From an uncultured Thermoleophilia bacterium (lineage in GTDB: Bacteria; Actinomycetota; Thermoleophilia; UBA2241), in NCBI GenBank assembly GCA_963715985.1, contig CAVQSP010000011.1, forward strand, positions 480,001 through 544,000: DNA of 64,000 nt. The letters run 5' to 3'. This document shows, piece by piece, positions 8,384 through 20,104 of the stretch. Each line of letters starts with the position of its first letter. Position 1 is the stretch's first letter. Both the position numbers and the translations under genes were made by a program. The notes beneath the pieces are model-generated. The model was not told where the DNA came from. It saw only the letters and a list, made by a program, of their open reading frames with translations, and did not search any database.

Positions 8384-10757
8384 GTGCAGCGGCGGCTGCG
8401 CGCGTTCTTCCGCGAAGGCGGCCACGAGCAGGTGGTCGCCGTGGCCCACGAGGCGGCGCGCAAGGGTCGCGCCGCCGAGCTTCCCGAGGATCTGCCGGGC
8501 GCGCTGCGCGAAGCGCTCCTCGCGGCCGGCATCCACTCGCTCCACGGGCACCAGCGCGCCGCCTTCGACCTGCTGCGCGCCGGCGAGCACGTGGTGGTCA
8601 GCACCGGCACGGCGAGCGGCAAGAGCCTCTGCTACCAGCTCGCCGTGCTCGACGACTTCGCCCGCGACCCGCAGAGCCGCGCGCTGCTCCTCTTCCCCAC
8701 CAAAGCGCTCGCCCAGGACCAGGCGCGCAAACTCGCGAGCCTGAAGCTGGACGCGGGGCCGGGCGGTGCGCCCTCCGTGCGGCCCGCCGTGCCCGCCATC
8801 TACGACGGCGACACGCCCTCGGACACGCGCGCCCACATCCGGCGCTCGGCCACCATCCTGCTCAGCAACCCCGACATGCTGCACCTCGGCATCCTGCCCG
8901 GCCACGAGCGCTGGGCGGAGTTCCTGCACCACCTGCGCTTCGTCGTGCTCGACGAAGCGCACGTGTATCGCGGCGTGTTCGGCAGCCACGTCGCCCAGGT
9001 CGTCCGGCGCCTGCGGCGCCTGTGCGCCCACTACGGCAGCGACCCCCTGTTCGTGCTCACGTCGGCCACCATCGCCGAGCCGCAAGCCTTCGCGGAGCGG
9101 CTGGTCGGGGTGCCGTTCGCCGCCGTGGACGAGGACCAGGCGCCACGCCCGGAGCGGACCGTGGTCTTCTGGAACCCGCCCCTGGAGGATCCCGCCGCCG
9201 GTACGCGGCGAAGCGCCCTCGCGGAGGCCAGCTACGTGGCCGCAGAGACCGTGCTCGCCGGGGCGCGAGTCATCGCGTTCGCACCCACGCGCAAGGCGGC
9301 GGAGCTCATCTACGGCCACGTCCGCCGCCGCCTCGAGGACCGTGACCCCGGTGGCGCCGCCACGCGCGTGCAGCCCTACCGCGCCGGCTACACCCCGCAG
9401 CAACGGCGCGACATCGAGCGCCGCCTGTTCGCGCACGAGCTGGACGCGGTGATCGCCACGCAGGCCCTGGAGCTCGGCATCGACGTGGGCAGCCTGGACG
9501 TGTCGCTGGTCACCGGCTTTCCCGGCACCGTGACCAGCCTGCGCCAGCGCTGGGGACGAGCCGGTCGCACCGGCCACGGCTGGGCCGTGCTGGTGGCCGG
9601 CCAGGACGCCCTCGACCAGTACTTCATGCGCGAGCCCGAACTGCTGCTCTCGCGCCGGGTCGAGGAGGCCATCATCGACCTGCACAACCCGCATATCTCG
9701 GCCCGCCATCTGGAGGCGGCCGCCTACGAGCGGCCACTCACGCCGCACGATGAGGCGTTCTTCGGCGAGGAGGGCATGCTCGCGGCCGGCCGCCTGGCCG
9801 ACGCCGGCCGCCTGCGCCGGCACCGCGACGGCCTGGTGTGGAGCCTGCCCCACTCGCCGGCCGCCGAGACCAGCCTCCGCACGGCCGGCAACGAGCAGTT
9901 CGTCATCGTCGAGACACGCGCCGGTGAGATCATCGGCACCGTGGAGCGCGAGCGTGTGTACCGCTTCGCCCACCCCGGCGCCGTCTACCTCCACCTCGGG
10001 CGCAGCTACCTGGTCACGCGGCTCGACCTGGAGGGCCGCACGGTGCTCGTGGAGGACTTCGACGGGACCTACTACACCCAGGTGAAGGTCGACAAGAACG
10101 TGCTCATCGCCGGGCAGGCCGGCACGCGCACCCTGCCCGGCGCCGTGCTCTTCTTCGGGGAGATCGAGGTGACCGAGCAGGTCATCGCCTACCAGAAGCG
10201 CGACATGACCGATCAGCACATCATCGACACCACCAGCCTCGACCTGCCGGAGCAGACCTTCATCACGCAGGCGTTCTGGCTCGCCATCCCGGGACCGGTG
10301 ATCGACGGGGCACTTGCGCACCTCGCGTCCGAACCTCGGGCGGGCGCCTCGGGCGACGAGGGACCGCGGGGGCCCGAGACGGTCACGCCGGGGTCGCTCC
10401 ACGGCGCCGAGCACGCCCTCATCGCCCTGCTCCCGCTGTACGCGATGTGCGACCGCTGGGACATCGGCGGGCTGAGCACACCGTGGCACTGGCAGACCGA
10501 TACCGCGAGCATCTTCGTGTACGACGGTTACCCGGGCGGGATCGGGCTCTCGAAGCGCGGTTACGAGGCCTTCGAGAGCCTCGCCGCCGACGCCCGCGCC
10601 CTCATCGCCGCCTGCCCCTGCGAGAGCGGGCTGCCCCAGCTGCGTGCAGAGCCCCAAGTGCGGCAACCTCAACGAGCCGCTGCACAAGGCCGGTTCCATC
10701 GCCCTGTTGCAGGCGCTGTTGCACGGAGCAGGGGACCCGGCCTCGGCACCGCACTGA
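8384..10757 (+). CDS. DEAD/DEAH-box helicase with DUF1998 C-terminal Cys cluster (MrfA/YprA/SftH family); frameshift near 10629
   Basis: [35 protein letters not shown] continues in a shifted frame as [17 protein letters not shown] to TGA 10757; the 1062-aa ORF is a read-through artefact. Confidence 0.9.
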
Positions 10758-10855
10758 GCCTCCCACCTGCGCCGGTCTCGCAGGCTGACCGGGCGAGGGC
10801 ATCGAGAGGGGCGGCGAGAACGGCCGCCGCGACGGCAGAGCCCGCCGGCGGGCCG

Positions 10856-11570
10856 TCACTCCGGTGCTGCGAGGCCCGCAGCAGCCGTGGCAGAGCGGCA
10901 AGGGTCCGCGGCGCGAGCAAGGAGACTACTCCTGAGACTCCAGGGACCCTTGGGCGGGCGCCCGACGACGGCTTCCTCGCCGAGGAGCTGGGTGGCGCGC
11001 AAGCCGAGGTAGAGCTCCATGATGTCGTCGGGGTCCTGGAGGTCGACGCCGAGGAGCGTCTCGATGCGCCTGAGGCGCTTCTGCAGCGTGTTGCGGTGGA
11101 TGAACAGGGCCTCGGCGGTCGGCTGGATGGCCCAGTGATGGTCCAGCCACGTGCGAAGGGTCTCGACCAGCCGCGCGTGCCGCCGCGCGTCGTATTCGAT
11201 GAGCGGCGCGATGGTGCGCTGCGCCATGTCGGCCAGTGCCTCCTCGCTCTGACCCTTCAGGAGCCGGAACCTCCCGCTCATCGACTCGAAGAGGACCAGC
11301 CCGCCGGCGTCGACGCCGCGCCTCGCGGCCGCGCTCGCGTCGAGCGCCTCCTGGAGCGCTCTGCGTCCCTCGTCCGGATGCGAGTGCGCGGCGGACGCGC
11401 CGATGGTCAGCGGCAGGCGGTAGGGTGCGTCGGCCGTGACCGCCTTGAACAGGAGCAGCAGGTCGCGCGCGCTGCCCGTGCCGACCGAGGTCGAGCCGCC
11501 CGGGAGGAGGATGGTGATGGACAGACGCCTCGGTCTGCTCAGGAACGGGATGAGGCGGTCCCCGCTCACT
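10856..11570 (-). CDS. PucR/CdaR-family regulator (GGDEF-like plus C-terminal HTH only)
   Basis: LVETLRTWL...TAEALFIHRNTLQKRLRRIETLLGVDL; no N-terminal sensor; both ends uncertain. Confidence 0.75.
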
Positions 11571-11697
11571 GACGCACACGAGGCGCGCAGCGTGCGATGC
11601 GATGCCCGCCGCGGCCGTGTGAGGTCACCCGACCCTGGGGTAGGCTGCAGCAAGGCATCCCGGCCACACGGGGAGCACCCCGCGAAGGAGCGGCAAC

Positions 11698-12876
11698 GTG
11701 CCCGACGGCATCAGCATCGAGCGCCTGCGGCGCGAGGACATCGAGGAGATCGCACCGCTGTGGAAGGCGCTGCTCGACCACGTCGCGGCGCTGCCCGACG
11801 CCATCGTGCCCGTGCGCCCGTCCGACGAGTCCTGGGAGCTCGAGCGCGCGCAGATGCTGGCGGCGCTGGCGGGCGACGCCTTCGTCCTGGTGGCGCGGCG
11901 GGACGGAGCAGCCGTGGGCTACGTCTTCGTCCTCATCGAGGGGCCGGATCCCGTGTGGTACACCGGCGATTCGCACGCCGAACTCGCTCACCTCAGCGTG
12001 GCTCCCGGAGAACGGGGAGCCGGCGTCGGCACCGCGCTCATGGACGCCATGGACGCCGAGCTCGAGCGCCTCGGCGTCGAGGACGTGGAGATCGGTGTGG
12101 ACACCGGCAACGACGTGGCCGCGCGCCTCTACGAGAGCCGCGGCTACAAGCCGGACTTCAGGATCTTCTACGGCTCGCCCGGCAAGAAGCCCTGGGCGTG
12201 CCTGCGGCGCGAGGCCGCGGACCAGAGGGCCGGGCGCGGGCGCTTCGCGCCGCCCGGCCCGGCAGCCACGGCCGCGCAGCCCGCGGCGGCCGGCGCTTCG
12301 ACACGCGACCTGCGTCGGGGCACCGGTGGCGCAGACGAGGCTCGCGCAGGCGCACCCGCGGCCGAGCCGCCGCTGATCGAGCTCCTCCCCGCCGCCGACC
12401 TCGACCTCCTCGGGCCGCTGTGGCGCGTCCTGCAGGACGACCAGGCGCGCCGGTGGGACGTGCTGCCGGCGCGCGATCCGGCGGACTCATGGGCGCTGCG
12501 CCGCCAGCGGTACGCGGACTGGCTGGCGACCACCGACTCGTTCGTCCTCGTCGCGCGTCGCGACGAGCGCCTCGTCGGCTACTTCATGGTCGCCGTGGCC
12601 GAGGGCGATGAGACCTTCGACACCGGCGAGCTGCTGGCGGAGCTGGAGTCGCTGGTCGTGCTCCCCGAGGAGCGCGGCGCCCACCTCGGTGAGCTGTTCT
12701 TCCAGGCCGGCATGCGGCGCCTGGAAGAGCTGGGCGTGGAGCACGTGGTCTGCGGTCTGCTGGTCACGAACCCCTTCATCCGGCGGTTCTGCGAGCGTCA
12801 CGGTTTCGTGCCGTTCGTGGACTTCATGTACGCCAGGCGCGCGGACATCCAGGCGGCCGAAAGGAAGGACGCATGA
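11698..12876 (+). CDS. tandem two-domain GNAT acetyltransferase
   Basis: LSVAPGERGAGVGTALM...NDVAARLYESRGY and LVVLPEERGAHLG...RFCERHGF joined by an Ala/Pro linker. Confidence 0.88.
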   Translation: MPDGISIERLRREDIEEIAPLWKALLDHVAALPDAIVPVRPSDESWELERAQMLAALAGDAFVLVARRDGAAVGYVFVLIEGPDPVWYTGDSHAELAHLSVAPGERGAGVGTALMDAMDAELERLGVEDVEIGVDTGNDVAARLYESRGYKPDFRIFYGSPGKKPWACLRREAADQRAGRGRFAPPGPAATAAQPAAAGASTRDLRRGTGGADEARAGAPAAEPPLIELLPAADLDLLGPLWRVLQDDQARRWDVLPARDPADSWALRRQRYADWLATTDSFVLVARRDERLVGYFMVAVAEGDETFDTGELLAELESLVVLPEERGAHLGELFFQAGMRRLEELGVEHVVCGLLVTNPFIRRFCERHGFVPFVDFMYARRADIQAAERKDA

Positions 12877-13343
12877 GCGACGTCAGGTACGTGAGCGTGA
12901 TCGGCGCGAGCCGGGCCACGCCGGAGCTGGCCGCCAAGGCCGAGGAGCTCGGCGAGCTGCTCGCGGAGCGCGGCGCCGTGGTGGTGTGCGGGGGCCGCAG
13001 CGGCGTGATGGAGGCGGTGGCCAGAGGCGTCAAGAAGAAGGGCGGCGTCTCGATCGGCATCCTGCCGGAGGCCGATCGCCACCGCGCCGCCCCCGACCTC
13101 ACCTACACGATCTGCAGCGCCATCGGCCTGGCCCGCAACCTCACGGTGGTGGCCAGCGGCGACGTGGTGATCGCCGTCGGCGGCGCCTGGGGCACGCTCA
13201 GCGAGATCGCCCTCGCGCGCAACGTGGACCGCGAGGTGATCCTGCTCGACACCTGGTCGATGGAGCCGCCGGAGGGCGGCGAGCTCGACGGGGTGCGGCG
13301 GGCGTCCACGCCCGCCGAGGCCGTCGAGCTCGCGCTCGCCTGA
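12873..13343 (+). CDS. TIGR00725/LOG (SLOG)-family protein
   Basis: VCGGRSGVMEAVARG, GILP, ARN, AVGGAWGTLSEIA. Confidence 0.9.
   Translation: MSDVRYVSVIGASRATPELAAKAEELGELLAERGAVVVCGGRSGVMEAVARGVKKKGGVSIGILPEADRHRAAPDLTYTICSAIGLARNLTVVASGDVVIAVGGAWGTLSEIALARNVDREVILLDTWSMEPPEGGELDGVRRASTPAEAVELALA
13156..13336 (+). repeat. direct repeat copy 1 (3' half of TIGR00725 gene)
   Basis: About 180 bp nearly identical to 15715-15895. Confidence 0.9.
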
Positions 13344-13374
13344 CGCCGCTGGTGTCGCCGCGCGCCCGACGCCG

Positions 13375-15350
13375 CTAGCGCTTCACCTTGAAGCGCACGG
13401 CGTTGCTCCTGCCGGCCGGGGTCGTCACCGTGATCTTGACCGTGCCGTACTTGGCCTGCCGAGGCACCTTGCAGGTGATCTGCCCATCGCTCCAGGAGAG
13501 ATAGGCGGTGCAGGTCTTGAGGCCGAACTTCACGACGCTCACGCCCCTCGCCGCGCCGAAGTTGACGCCCGCGATACTGACGAGCGCACCACGCTTCGCG
13601 GAGGCGGGCTCGCGCTTGGTGATCCTGGGGGGCGTGGTCGGCGCCGGAGGGAAGCCGCCGCTCCTCGTGACGAGGATGGTGCCGAGGGAACCCACCGCCC
13701 AGCCGTGGATCCCATCGGGGAAGGTGACGCCGAGGAGCGTCTTGCCGCCCCCGGAGGGCTGCAAAGCCCAGGTCGCGCCGCCGTTGGTGGTGACGAGGAT
13801 GCCGAGGGAGCCCACCGCCCAGCCGTGGAGCGCGTCGGTGAAGGTGACGGCGTTGAGTGACGCGACGCTCCCGGCGCTCTGCTTCGTCCACGTGACTCCA
13901 CCGTTGCCGGTGGCGAGGATGGTGCCGAGGGAGCCCACCGCCCAGCCGTGAAGCGCGTCGGTGAAGGTGACGGCGTTGAGTGACGCGACGCTCCCGGCGC
14001 TCTGCTTCGTCCACGTGACCCCGCCGTTGCCGGTGGCGAGGATGGTGCCGCCGGAGCCCACCGCCCAGCCGTGTGAGGCGTCGGTGAAGTCGACGGCGTT
14101 GAGGGTCGCACTGACCCCCGTGGTCTGCGTGGTCCAGGCGGCTCCGCCGTTCGTGGTGGCGAGGACGGTGCCGCCCTCGCCCACCGCCCAGCCGCGGGTG
14201 GCGTCGGTGAAGGCGACGGCGCCGAGGGACGCGCTGACCCCCGTGGTCTGCTTGGTCCAGGCGGCTCCGCCGTTCGTGGTGGCGAGGACGGTGCCGCCCT
14301 CGCCCACCGCCCAGCCGCGGGTGGCGTCGGTGGAGGCGACGCCGAAGAGCCCTGCGCTGTTCCCCGTACTCTGCTGGCTCCAGGTGGCGCCGCCGTTGGA
14401 GGTGGCGACGATGGTGCCGATGTTCGTCGAGGCGCGGGCGGCGCCGCTGGTGCCCACGGCCCAGCCGTGGCTGGTGTCGCTGAAGGCGACGGCGCGCAGA
14501 TCGGCGGTGGTCCCCGAGGCCTGTTGGACCCAGCCGACGGACGTGGGAGTCGGGGTGGGAGTCGGGGTGGGGGTGGGGTCGGGGTCGGGGTGGGAGTCGG
14601 GGTGGGGGTGGGCGTCGGGGTCGGCGTGGGCGTCGGGGTCGGCGTGGGCGTGGGCGTCGGGGTGGGCGTGGGAGTCGGGGTGGGCGTCGGCGTGTAGATC
14701 GTTGGGATCCCGTACGCAGAGCACATGCCATGGCCCATGGTGCCCGAATTCTGGGACCACGTCTCCGGGTCTGAATCGATCACCGTGTACGTGCCGGCCG
14801 GGATGTTCTCCCGCGGCTCGGCCACCCAGTAGGCGTTGGGCACTCCACCCTGCCCCGCCTGGCCCACCGCCTGCCACGGACCGTACAGCGCACCGTTCGA
14901 CGCCCTCAGCGAGATCTGCCCGGGCCTTGCGCCTTTGCCGTAGTTCCAGTGGTACGTGCGGACCGACGTGACGAAGTAGTCGGCGTCCTGCGTCACGGTG
15001 GGCGACGTGGCCCCGTTGTACACAGCCGCAGTGTTTCCGACCTCCCAGATGAGGACGGGTTCACCGGGCATGGTACGCGCGGGAGAAAGGTCATCGGCGG
15101 CGGCGGCGAGGACGAGACCCGGCCTACCCGCCACCCAGCCGAGAGTGACATGGCCGGCAGCCATGCCGCCGAGTCGCACGCTGGTCCCCGAGCTCCGCTC
15201 GCCGCGGCCGTCGCCGCCTCTAGAGACGTAGGCCGAAGCCGACGCGGACAGCGCCAGGGCGACGGCGAGCAGGATCGATGCCAAGCTGAGAAGCCTGCGG
15301 ACGCGCCGCCGAGCCGCCGGCTTGTCTGAGTGTGTCGCGGACTGCAGCAT
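13375..15350 (-). CDS. secreted protein: unnamed N-terminal domain, PT linker, YCF48/BNR-like beta-propeller repeats, IPT/TIG domain (frameshift within the PT linker)
   Basis: Signal peptide in ORF 13539..15350, then (TP)n linker; repeated GWAVGxxGTILATxNGGxTW and a C-terminal IPT (WSDGQITCKVP) in ORF 13375..14877. Confidence 0.85.
13670..14480 (-). repeat. about 123-bp (41-aa) propeller-blade tandem repeats
   Basis: CCCACCGCCCAGCCG recurs at about 123-nt period; adjacent pairs nearly identical at DNA level. Confidence 0.85.
14542..14695 (-). repeat. Pro-Thr linker hexamer repeat
   Basis: GTGGGA/GTCGGG/GTGGGC hexamers encoding (TP)n. Confidence 0.9.
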
Positions 15351-15685
15351 GTGCCACCCCCTGCGAAGGCGGGACGTCGGGCGTCACGCCGTTGACCAAG
15401 CCGTGCAAGGCACGGGTGCAGCGCCGCGCGCGGCGTCACCGCACACGGAAGACATGTGCCGCGCCTGCTCAGGGCCATTCCCGCGCAGGCACGAGCCCGT
15501 CAACCTCACCTTACCCCGGTCCACGAGGCGACACCATGGGACCGGACGTTGGGCGCCTGTCGCGGTCCAGATGAGCGCCGCCTCCGCGAGCGATCGTCGA
15601 GGCGCAGGCGCCCGCCGCGGGGCGCGGTGGCAGAGCTCCCGCCGGACGTGCCACGACGCTCCTCGACGAGGGGCCGAGGCGCCCT

Positions 15686-15898
15686 GGGCGTCGCGCGAGG
15701 GGCGAAGGAGAAGGGCGGCGACATCGTCATCGCCGTCGGCGGCGCCTGGGGCACGCTCAGCGAGATCGCCCTGGCGCGCAACGTGGACCGCGAGGTGATC
15801 CTGCTGGACACCTGGTCGATGGAGCCGCCGGAGGGCGGCGAGCTCGACGGGGTGCGGCGGGCGTCCACGCCCGCCGAGGCCGTCGAGCTCGCGCTGGC
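15686..15898 (+). pseudogene. internally deleted duplicate of the TIGR00725 gene (direct repeat copy 2)
   Basis: GVARGAKEKGG joined directly to DIVIAVGGAWGTLSEIALARNVDREVILLDTWSMEPPEGGELDGVRRASTPAEAVELALA. Confidence 0.8.
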
Positions 15899-16029
15899 GA
15901 CTGCTCGCCAGCGGCCGGAGTCGGCGCCGAAACGTCAACCAGGATGGCCGCCGTCCGGGCTATGCGGTAATGGCGCCCCTGCTATAGTTCACGCCGCCTT
16001 GTTGACCCAAGGGTCCTGAGAGCCGCACA

Positions 16030-18851
16030 TTGGCAGCTGAACCACTCAGCCTCGGCCCGGTGACGGCCAAGCTCGCGCGTCCACCTGCCGCGGACGCCGT
16101 GCTCCGTGCCGAGACCCTCGACGCCTACCGGGAGGCTCTGCGCCGCCGGCTGACCGTCGTGTGCGCACCCGCCGGCTACGGCAAGTCCACCGCCACGGCC
16201 GCGGCGACGGACCGTCTCGGAGTCGACTGCGTCTGGTACAAGCTCGACCTCCTCGACCGGGACCCAGTGCTGTTCCTGGCCTCTCTGACCGAGGCCTTCC
16301 GGCGACGCGTACCGGCGTTCGGAGAGGCCATCCGCGAGCGCCTCAAGTCGTCGGCCGCGGATCCGTTCCCCGTCGCACATCTGCAGGCGATGTTCGCGCG
16401 CGAATGCGAGGACCACCTCCGGGGCGACATCCACATCGTGCTCGACGACTACCACGAGGCGGCCGAGTCCGCAGCCACGAGCCGCGCCCTCGACTACCTG
16501 CTCTCGAACCTGCCCCCCTCGATCCGCTTCGTCGTGATCAGTCGGTACGACCCGGCCATCCAGGTCTCCAGATTGCGTCTGGACGACGAAGTAGCCATCC
16601 TCGATGCTGAAGTGCTTCGGTTCGACGCGGCACAGGCGGTGGAGGTCCTCACTGCACGCACCGGTGTGGAACCCGCGGCCGCTCTCGTGGCGAGGCTCCT
16701 CGAGACTGCGGAGGGCTGGCCGACCAGCATCGTCCTCGCGGGCCTCGCTCTGGACTGGATCTCGCCCGCCTCAGTCGAGGCCGCCCTCTGCGACCCGCGC
16801 CTCAAGCAGGACATCTACTCCTACCTCGCCGAGCAGGTCTACGTGCGGGAGAACCGTTCGGTCCGCCGCTTCCTCAAGCGCACCTGCTGTCTCGAGCACA
16901 TCACCGTGGATCTCGCGGCGCGCGTCGCGAGGACCGACGCGGCTCACAGGCACCTTCGCCATCTCGCCACGAACCGCGTCTTCACGTTCGCAGCCGGTCA
17001 GGATGGCGTCTACCGCTACCACAACCTCTTCCGTGACTTCCTGCGTCAGAAGTACCTGCAGGACGAAGGCGAGGCGGCATTTCGGGAGATCCAGAGAGAA
17101 ACGGCTGCGGCCCTCGAGGACGCCGGCGAGATCGAGATGGCAGTGGAACTCTTCCTCGGCGCCAACGAGCCTGCCGAAGCGCTCCGCGTGGTGGCGCGCG
17201 CCGGCGAGGCGCTGCTCGACGATGTGCCCTCCGACCGTCTCGCTTCCTGGGTGGACCGGCTGCCGCCTGCGCTGCGGATCGACGAGCCGTGGCCACGGCT
17301 CATGGAGGCGCAACTGGATTCCCGTGCGGGCGACTATGGGAGAGCCCTGCACAGTATCGAGGACGCGACGAGGCTGTTCGGCGAGGCGGGCGACAGGCGC
17401 GGCCTCTACGAGGCCTACTCGATTCGTGAGTGTGTGCTGTTCTGGCACGGCGACATGGCCGCGGCCATCCTGGCGTGTCAGCAAGCCCTCGCCTATGCGC
17501 ATACCGACCAGCAGCGCTTCCACACGCTCCTCAGTCTCGGCTCAGCCGCGGTGGAGTCGCGCGACTGGTCACTCGCCGAGCGAACCTTCGACGAGGCGGA
17601 CCGGCTTGCTGTGGAGACGGCGCCCCGGGAGCGACCACGGGCGCAGGCGCTGAGGGCGCATGCCCTCTTCTTCCAGGGCGCGGTGAAGAAGGGCAAAGAA
17701 CTCCATGCCGAGGCTTGAGGGTCCGCTGATCTCGCCTTCGCTCAAGGTCAACGCCGCCAACACCGTCGGCATGATTGAGACTGCGCTGGCCTCATACCAT
17801 TCGGCCCTGACAACGCTTCAGAACGCGAATGATTCAGGCTCGCCACTATGGCTTTGTCGGCTCTCGCGACATGATTCTCGACAACATCGGCCTCGCACAA
17901 GGTTCGCTCGGACGCTTCGACAATGGACTGGAGTGCGTGCGCACGGCCGTCCAGGAGCACCCCGTCGAGCAGCAACCCGGTCGGCATGCGTGGGCTCACT
18001 GCCACGAGGCGACGCTGTTGCGGCGAGCCGGACGTATCGAAAGCGCCCTGCCGGCGGCGGAGAACGCCCTCTCACAGGCCGCAGCCTTGGATGACGCCTA
18101 CGCACGCCTCAACTTCGAGGCCAATCTGCTGTTCACCCGAGGCCTTCTCGGAGAGGAGTCGGTCGCCGCTCTTGACGGCGTGGCGAAGAGGGCGGCCGAT
18201 GCGCGCGTCGCCTTCGTCGCCCTCAAAGCCCAGCTCTATGCGGCCGTCCTCTCCGGAATGGGCGAACGCACGAGTGAACGTGAGACCAGACTGCGCGCCT
18301 GCGTACCCCAGCAGCTCAGTCTGGGCCACCTGCACGTGCTGGCTCAGGAACTCTGCCCCAGGCCAGCCGGCGCCATCGCGGCGCTGTACGTCGCCGCCGA
18401 GCAGGGTCTGGAGCAGCAGCTCATGGACGCATTCGCTGCCCATTGGGCGTTCGCCGATCTCGCCGGAGTGGTCATCGCCGAGCATCCACGGTTCGCGCAC
18501 GTGGCGATCCACGCGGCACGCGCGAAGGCGGCCGACGAGGTACTGGCAAGGATCGTGGCGGCCGCGGAGGGTTCGGCGTTGCCCGCCGTCGACGCCGCAG
18601 TGGAGGCCGCACTGGCGTCAAGACCGGGCGTGTCAGAAGGGCAGGCGACGCCTCTCGACGGCTTGAGCCCGCGCGAATTGGAGGTCCTCGCACTGATGGC
18701 CGACGGGCTCCGGAACGCGGAGATAGCCTCGAGGCTCTTCATCGTCGAGGGGACGGTGAAGACTCACATCAACCACATCCTCACCAAGCTGGAAGTGACG
18801 ACCCGAGTCCAGGCGATCCTTCGCTTCCGCGACGCCCAGGCGCGACCCTGA
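16030..18851 (+). CDS. MalT-like ATP-dependent LuxR-family regulator (two apparent frameshifts, near 17700 and 17825)
   Basis: Walker A APAGYGKST, LDDYH, AEGWP, YRYHNLFRDFL, TPR-like middle region, C-terminal LSPRELEVL...TVKTHINHILTKL HTH. Confidence 0.88.
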
Positions 18852-18968
18852 GACCAGCCCGGATCTCTAACCACCGGCGGCGTCAGAATACAACCCAGGT
18901 ATGATTCGCCTGAGCGCCCCTCGGGCTACGCTGCGGACCCGCAGTAAGCGACCGATCGAGGAGCGACG

Positions 18969-19988
18969 ATGGAAGGCGCAACGTCTGTCATCTACATCGA
19001 GTCCAACCGTATGAGCCAGCGAAAGCAGACGGTCATCGACCTGTTGAGAGGCAGCCAGGACTTCGTCTCCGGCGAGGCCATGAGCGCCCAGCTCGGCATC
19101 TCGCGCAACGCGATCCACAAGCACGTCAAGTCACTGCGCCGGCGCGGCTACCGCATCCTCGGCGTCTCGCGCCGCGGCTACCGCCTGGATGAGGAGCCGA
19201 GCCGCCTCTCCATGGGCCACGTCACCGACCGCACCGCCGGAAGCGCGTTCGGCCGCTCCTACCGGTACTACGACGAGATCGAGTCGACCAACGCGGAGGC
19301 CAAAGCGCTGGCGAACAGCGGCGCCCCCGAAGGCACCGTGGTGATCGCCGAGGCGCAGACCGCAGGGCGTGGGCGCCTCGGGCGTCGCTGGACCTCGCCG
19401 GCCGGCAAAGGGCTGCTCTTCTCCGCCCTTCTGCGCCCCGCGCTGCCCATGGGCGATGCACACATGTTGACGTTGGTGGCGGCCTGCGCCGCCGCCGAGG
19501 CGATAGAGTCGCTGGCCGAGGTGCCGGTGCGCATCAAGTGGCCGAACGACCTCTTCATCGGCGACCGCAAGGTCGGCGGCATCCTGCTCGAGGTCGCCGG
19601 CGAACAAGACGAAGTCGACTGGATCGTGGTCGGCATCGGCGTGAACGTGAACACCGAGTACTCGGAGCTCCCGGTCGCGCTGCGGCGCACGGCGACGTCG
19701 CTCAAGATGGCCACGGGCGAACCCGTTGACCGCAGCGAGCTGCTCGCCAAGCTGCTGCTGACACTCGATGCCCACTACGCGCGTGCGCTCGCCGACGGTT
19801 TTGAGAGCGCAGTCAGCGTCTTCCGCAGCCGAGACTACCTGCTCGAGAGGACGGTCAGTGTGCAGACCCGCGATGGTGCGGTGGTCGGCCAGGCGAGCGG
19901 CATCGACGAACGAGGGGCGCTGCTGGTCGAGCTGCCCCAGAGGAGGATGCGGACCTTCCACTCCGGCGACGTCACGCTGGCCCCGTGA
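18969..19988 (+). CDS. birA: bifunctional biotin ligase/biotin repressor
   Basis: N-terminal HTH (VSGEAMSAQLGISRNAIHKHV), QTAGRGRLGR, KWPND, KVGGIL. Confidence 0.96.
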   Translation: MEGATSVIYIESNRMSQRKQTVIDLLRGSQDFVSGEAMSAQLGISRNAIHKHVKSLRRRGYRILGVSRRGYRLDEEPSRLSMGHVTDRTAGSAFGRSYRYYDEIESTNAEAKALANSGAPEGTVVIAEAQTAGRGRLGRRWTSPAGKGLLFSALLRPALPMGDAHMLTLVAACAAAEAIESLAEVPVRIKWPNDLFIGDRKVGGILLEVAGEQDEVDWIVVGIGVNVNTEYSELPVALRRTATSLKMATGEPVDRSELLAKLLLTLDAHYARALADGFESAVSVFRSRDYLLERTVSVQTRDGAVVGQASGIDERGALLVELPQRRMRTFHSGDVTLAP

Positions 19989-20042
19989 GGGAGCGCCGGA
20001 CACACCGGTGAGGACGCGCCTCCGGGCGGCTGCCGATCCCAC

Positions 20043-20103
20043 TTGACAGCCGCCCAGGGGGCCCCTACATTGTCACCTCTGTTCCGGAAGACGAGGTTGA
20101 CGA
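20043..20103 (+). promoter_or_regulatory. bioY promoter with BirA operator
   Basis: TTGACA-N17-TACATT (20043-20071) overlapped by inverted repeat TTGTCACCTC-N13-GAGGTTGACGA (20070-20103). Confidence 0.75.
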
Positions 20104-20104
20104 A

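Noticed and set aside
8384-11572. 1062-aa helicase with a novel C-terminal extension
   Set aside because: An extra G near 10629 shifts the frame out of the conserved CPSC..SPKC motif; the extension is antisense to the PucR gene.
13670-14700. Regularly spaced repeats resembling a CRISPR array
   Set aside because: The units are in-frame protein repeats (41-aa blades, PT linker), with no unique spacers and no cas genes.
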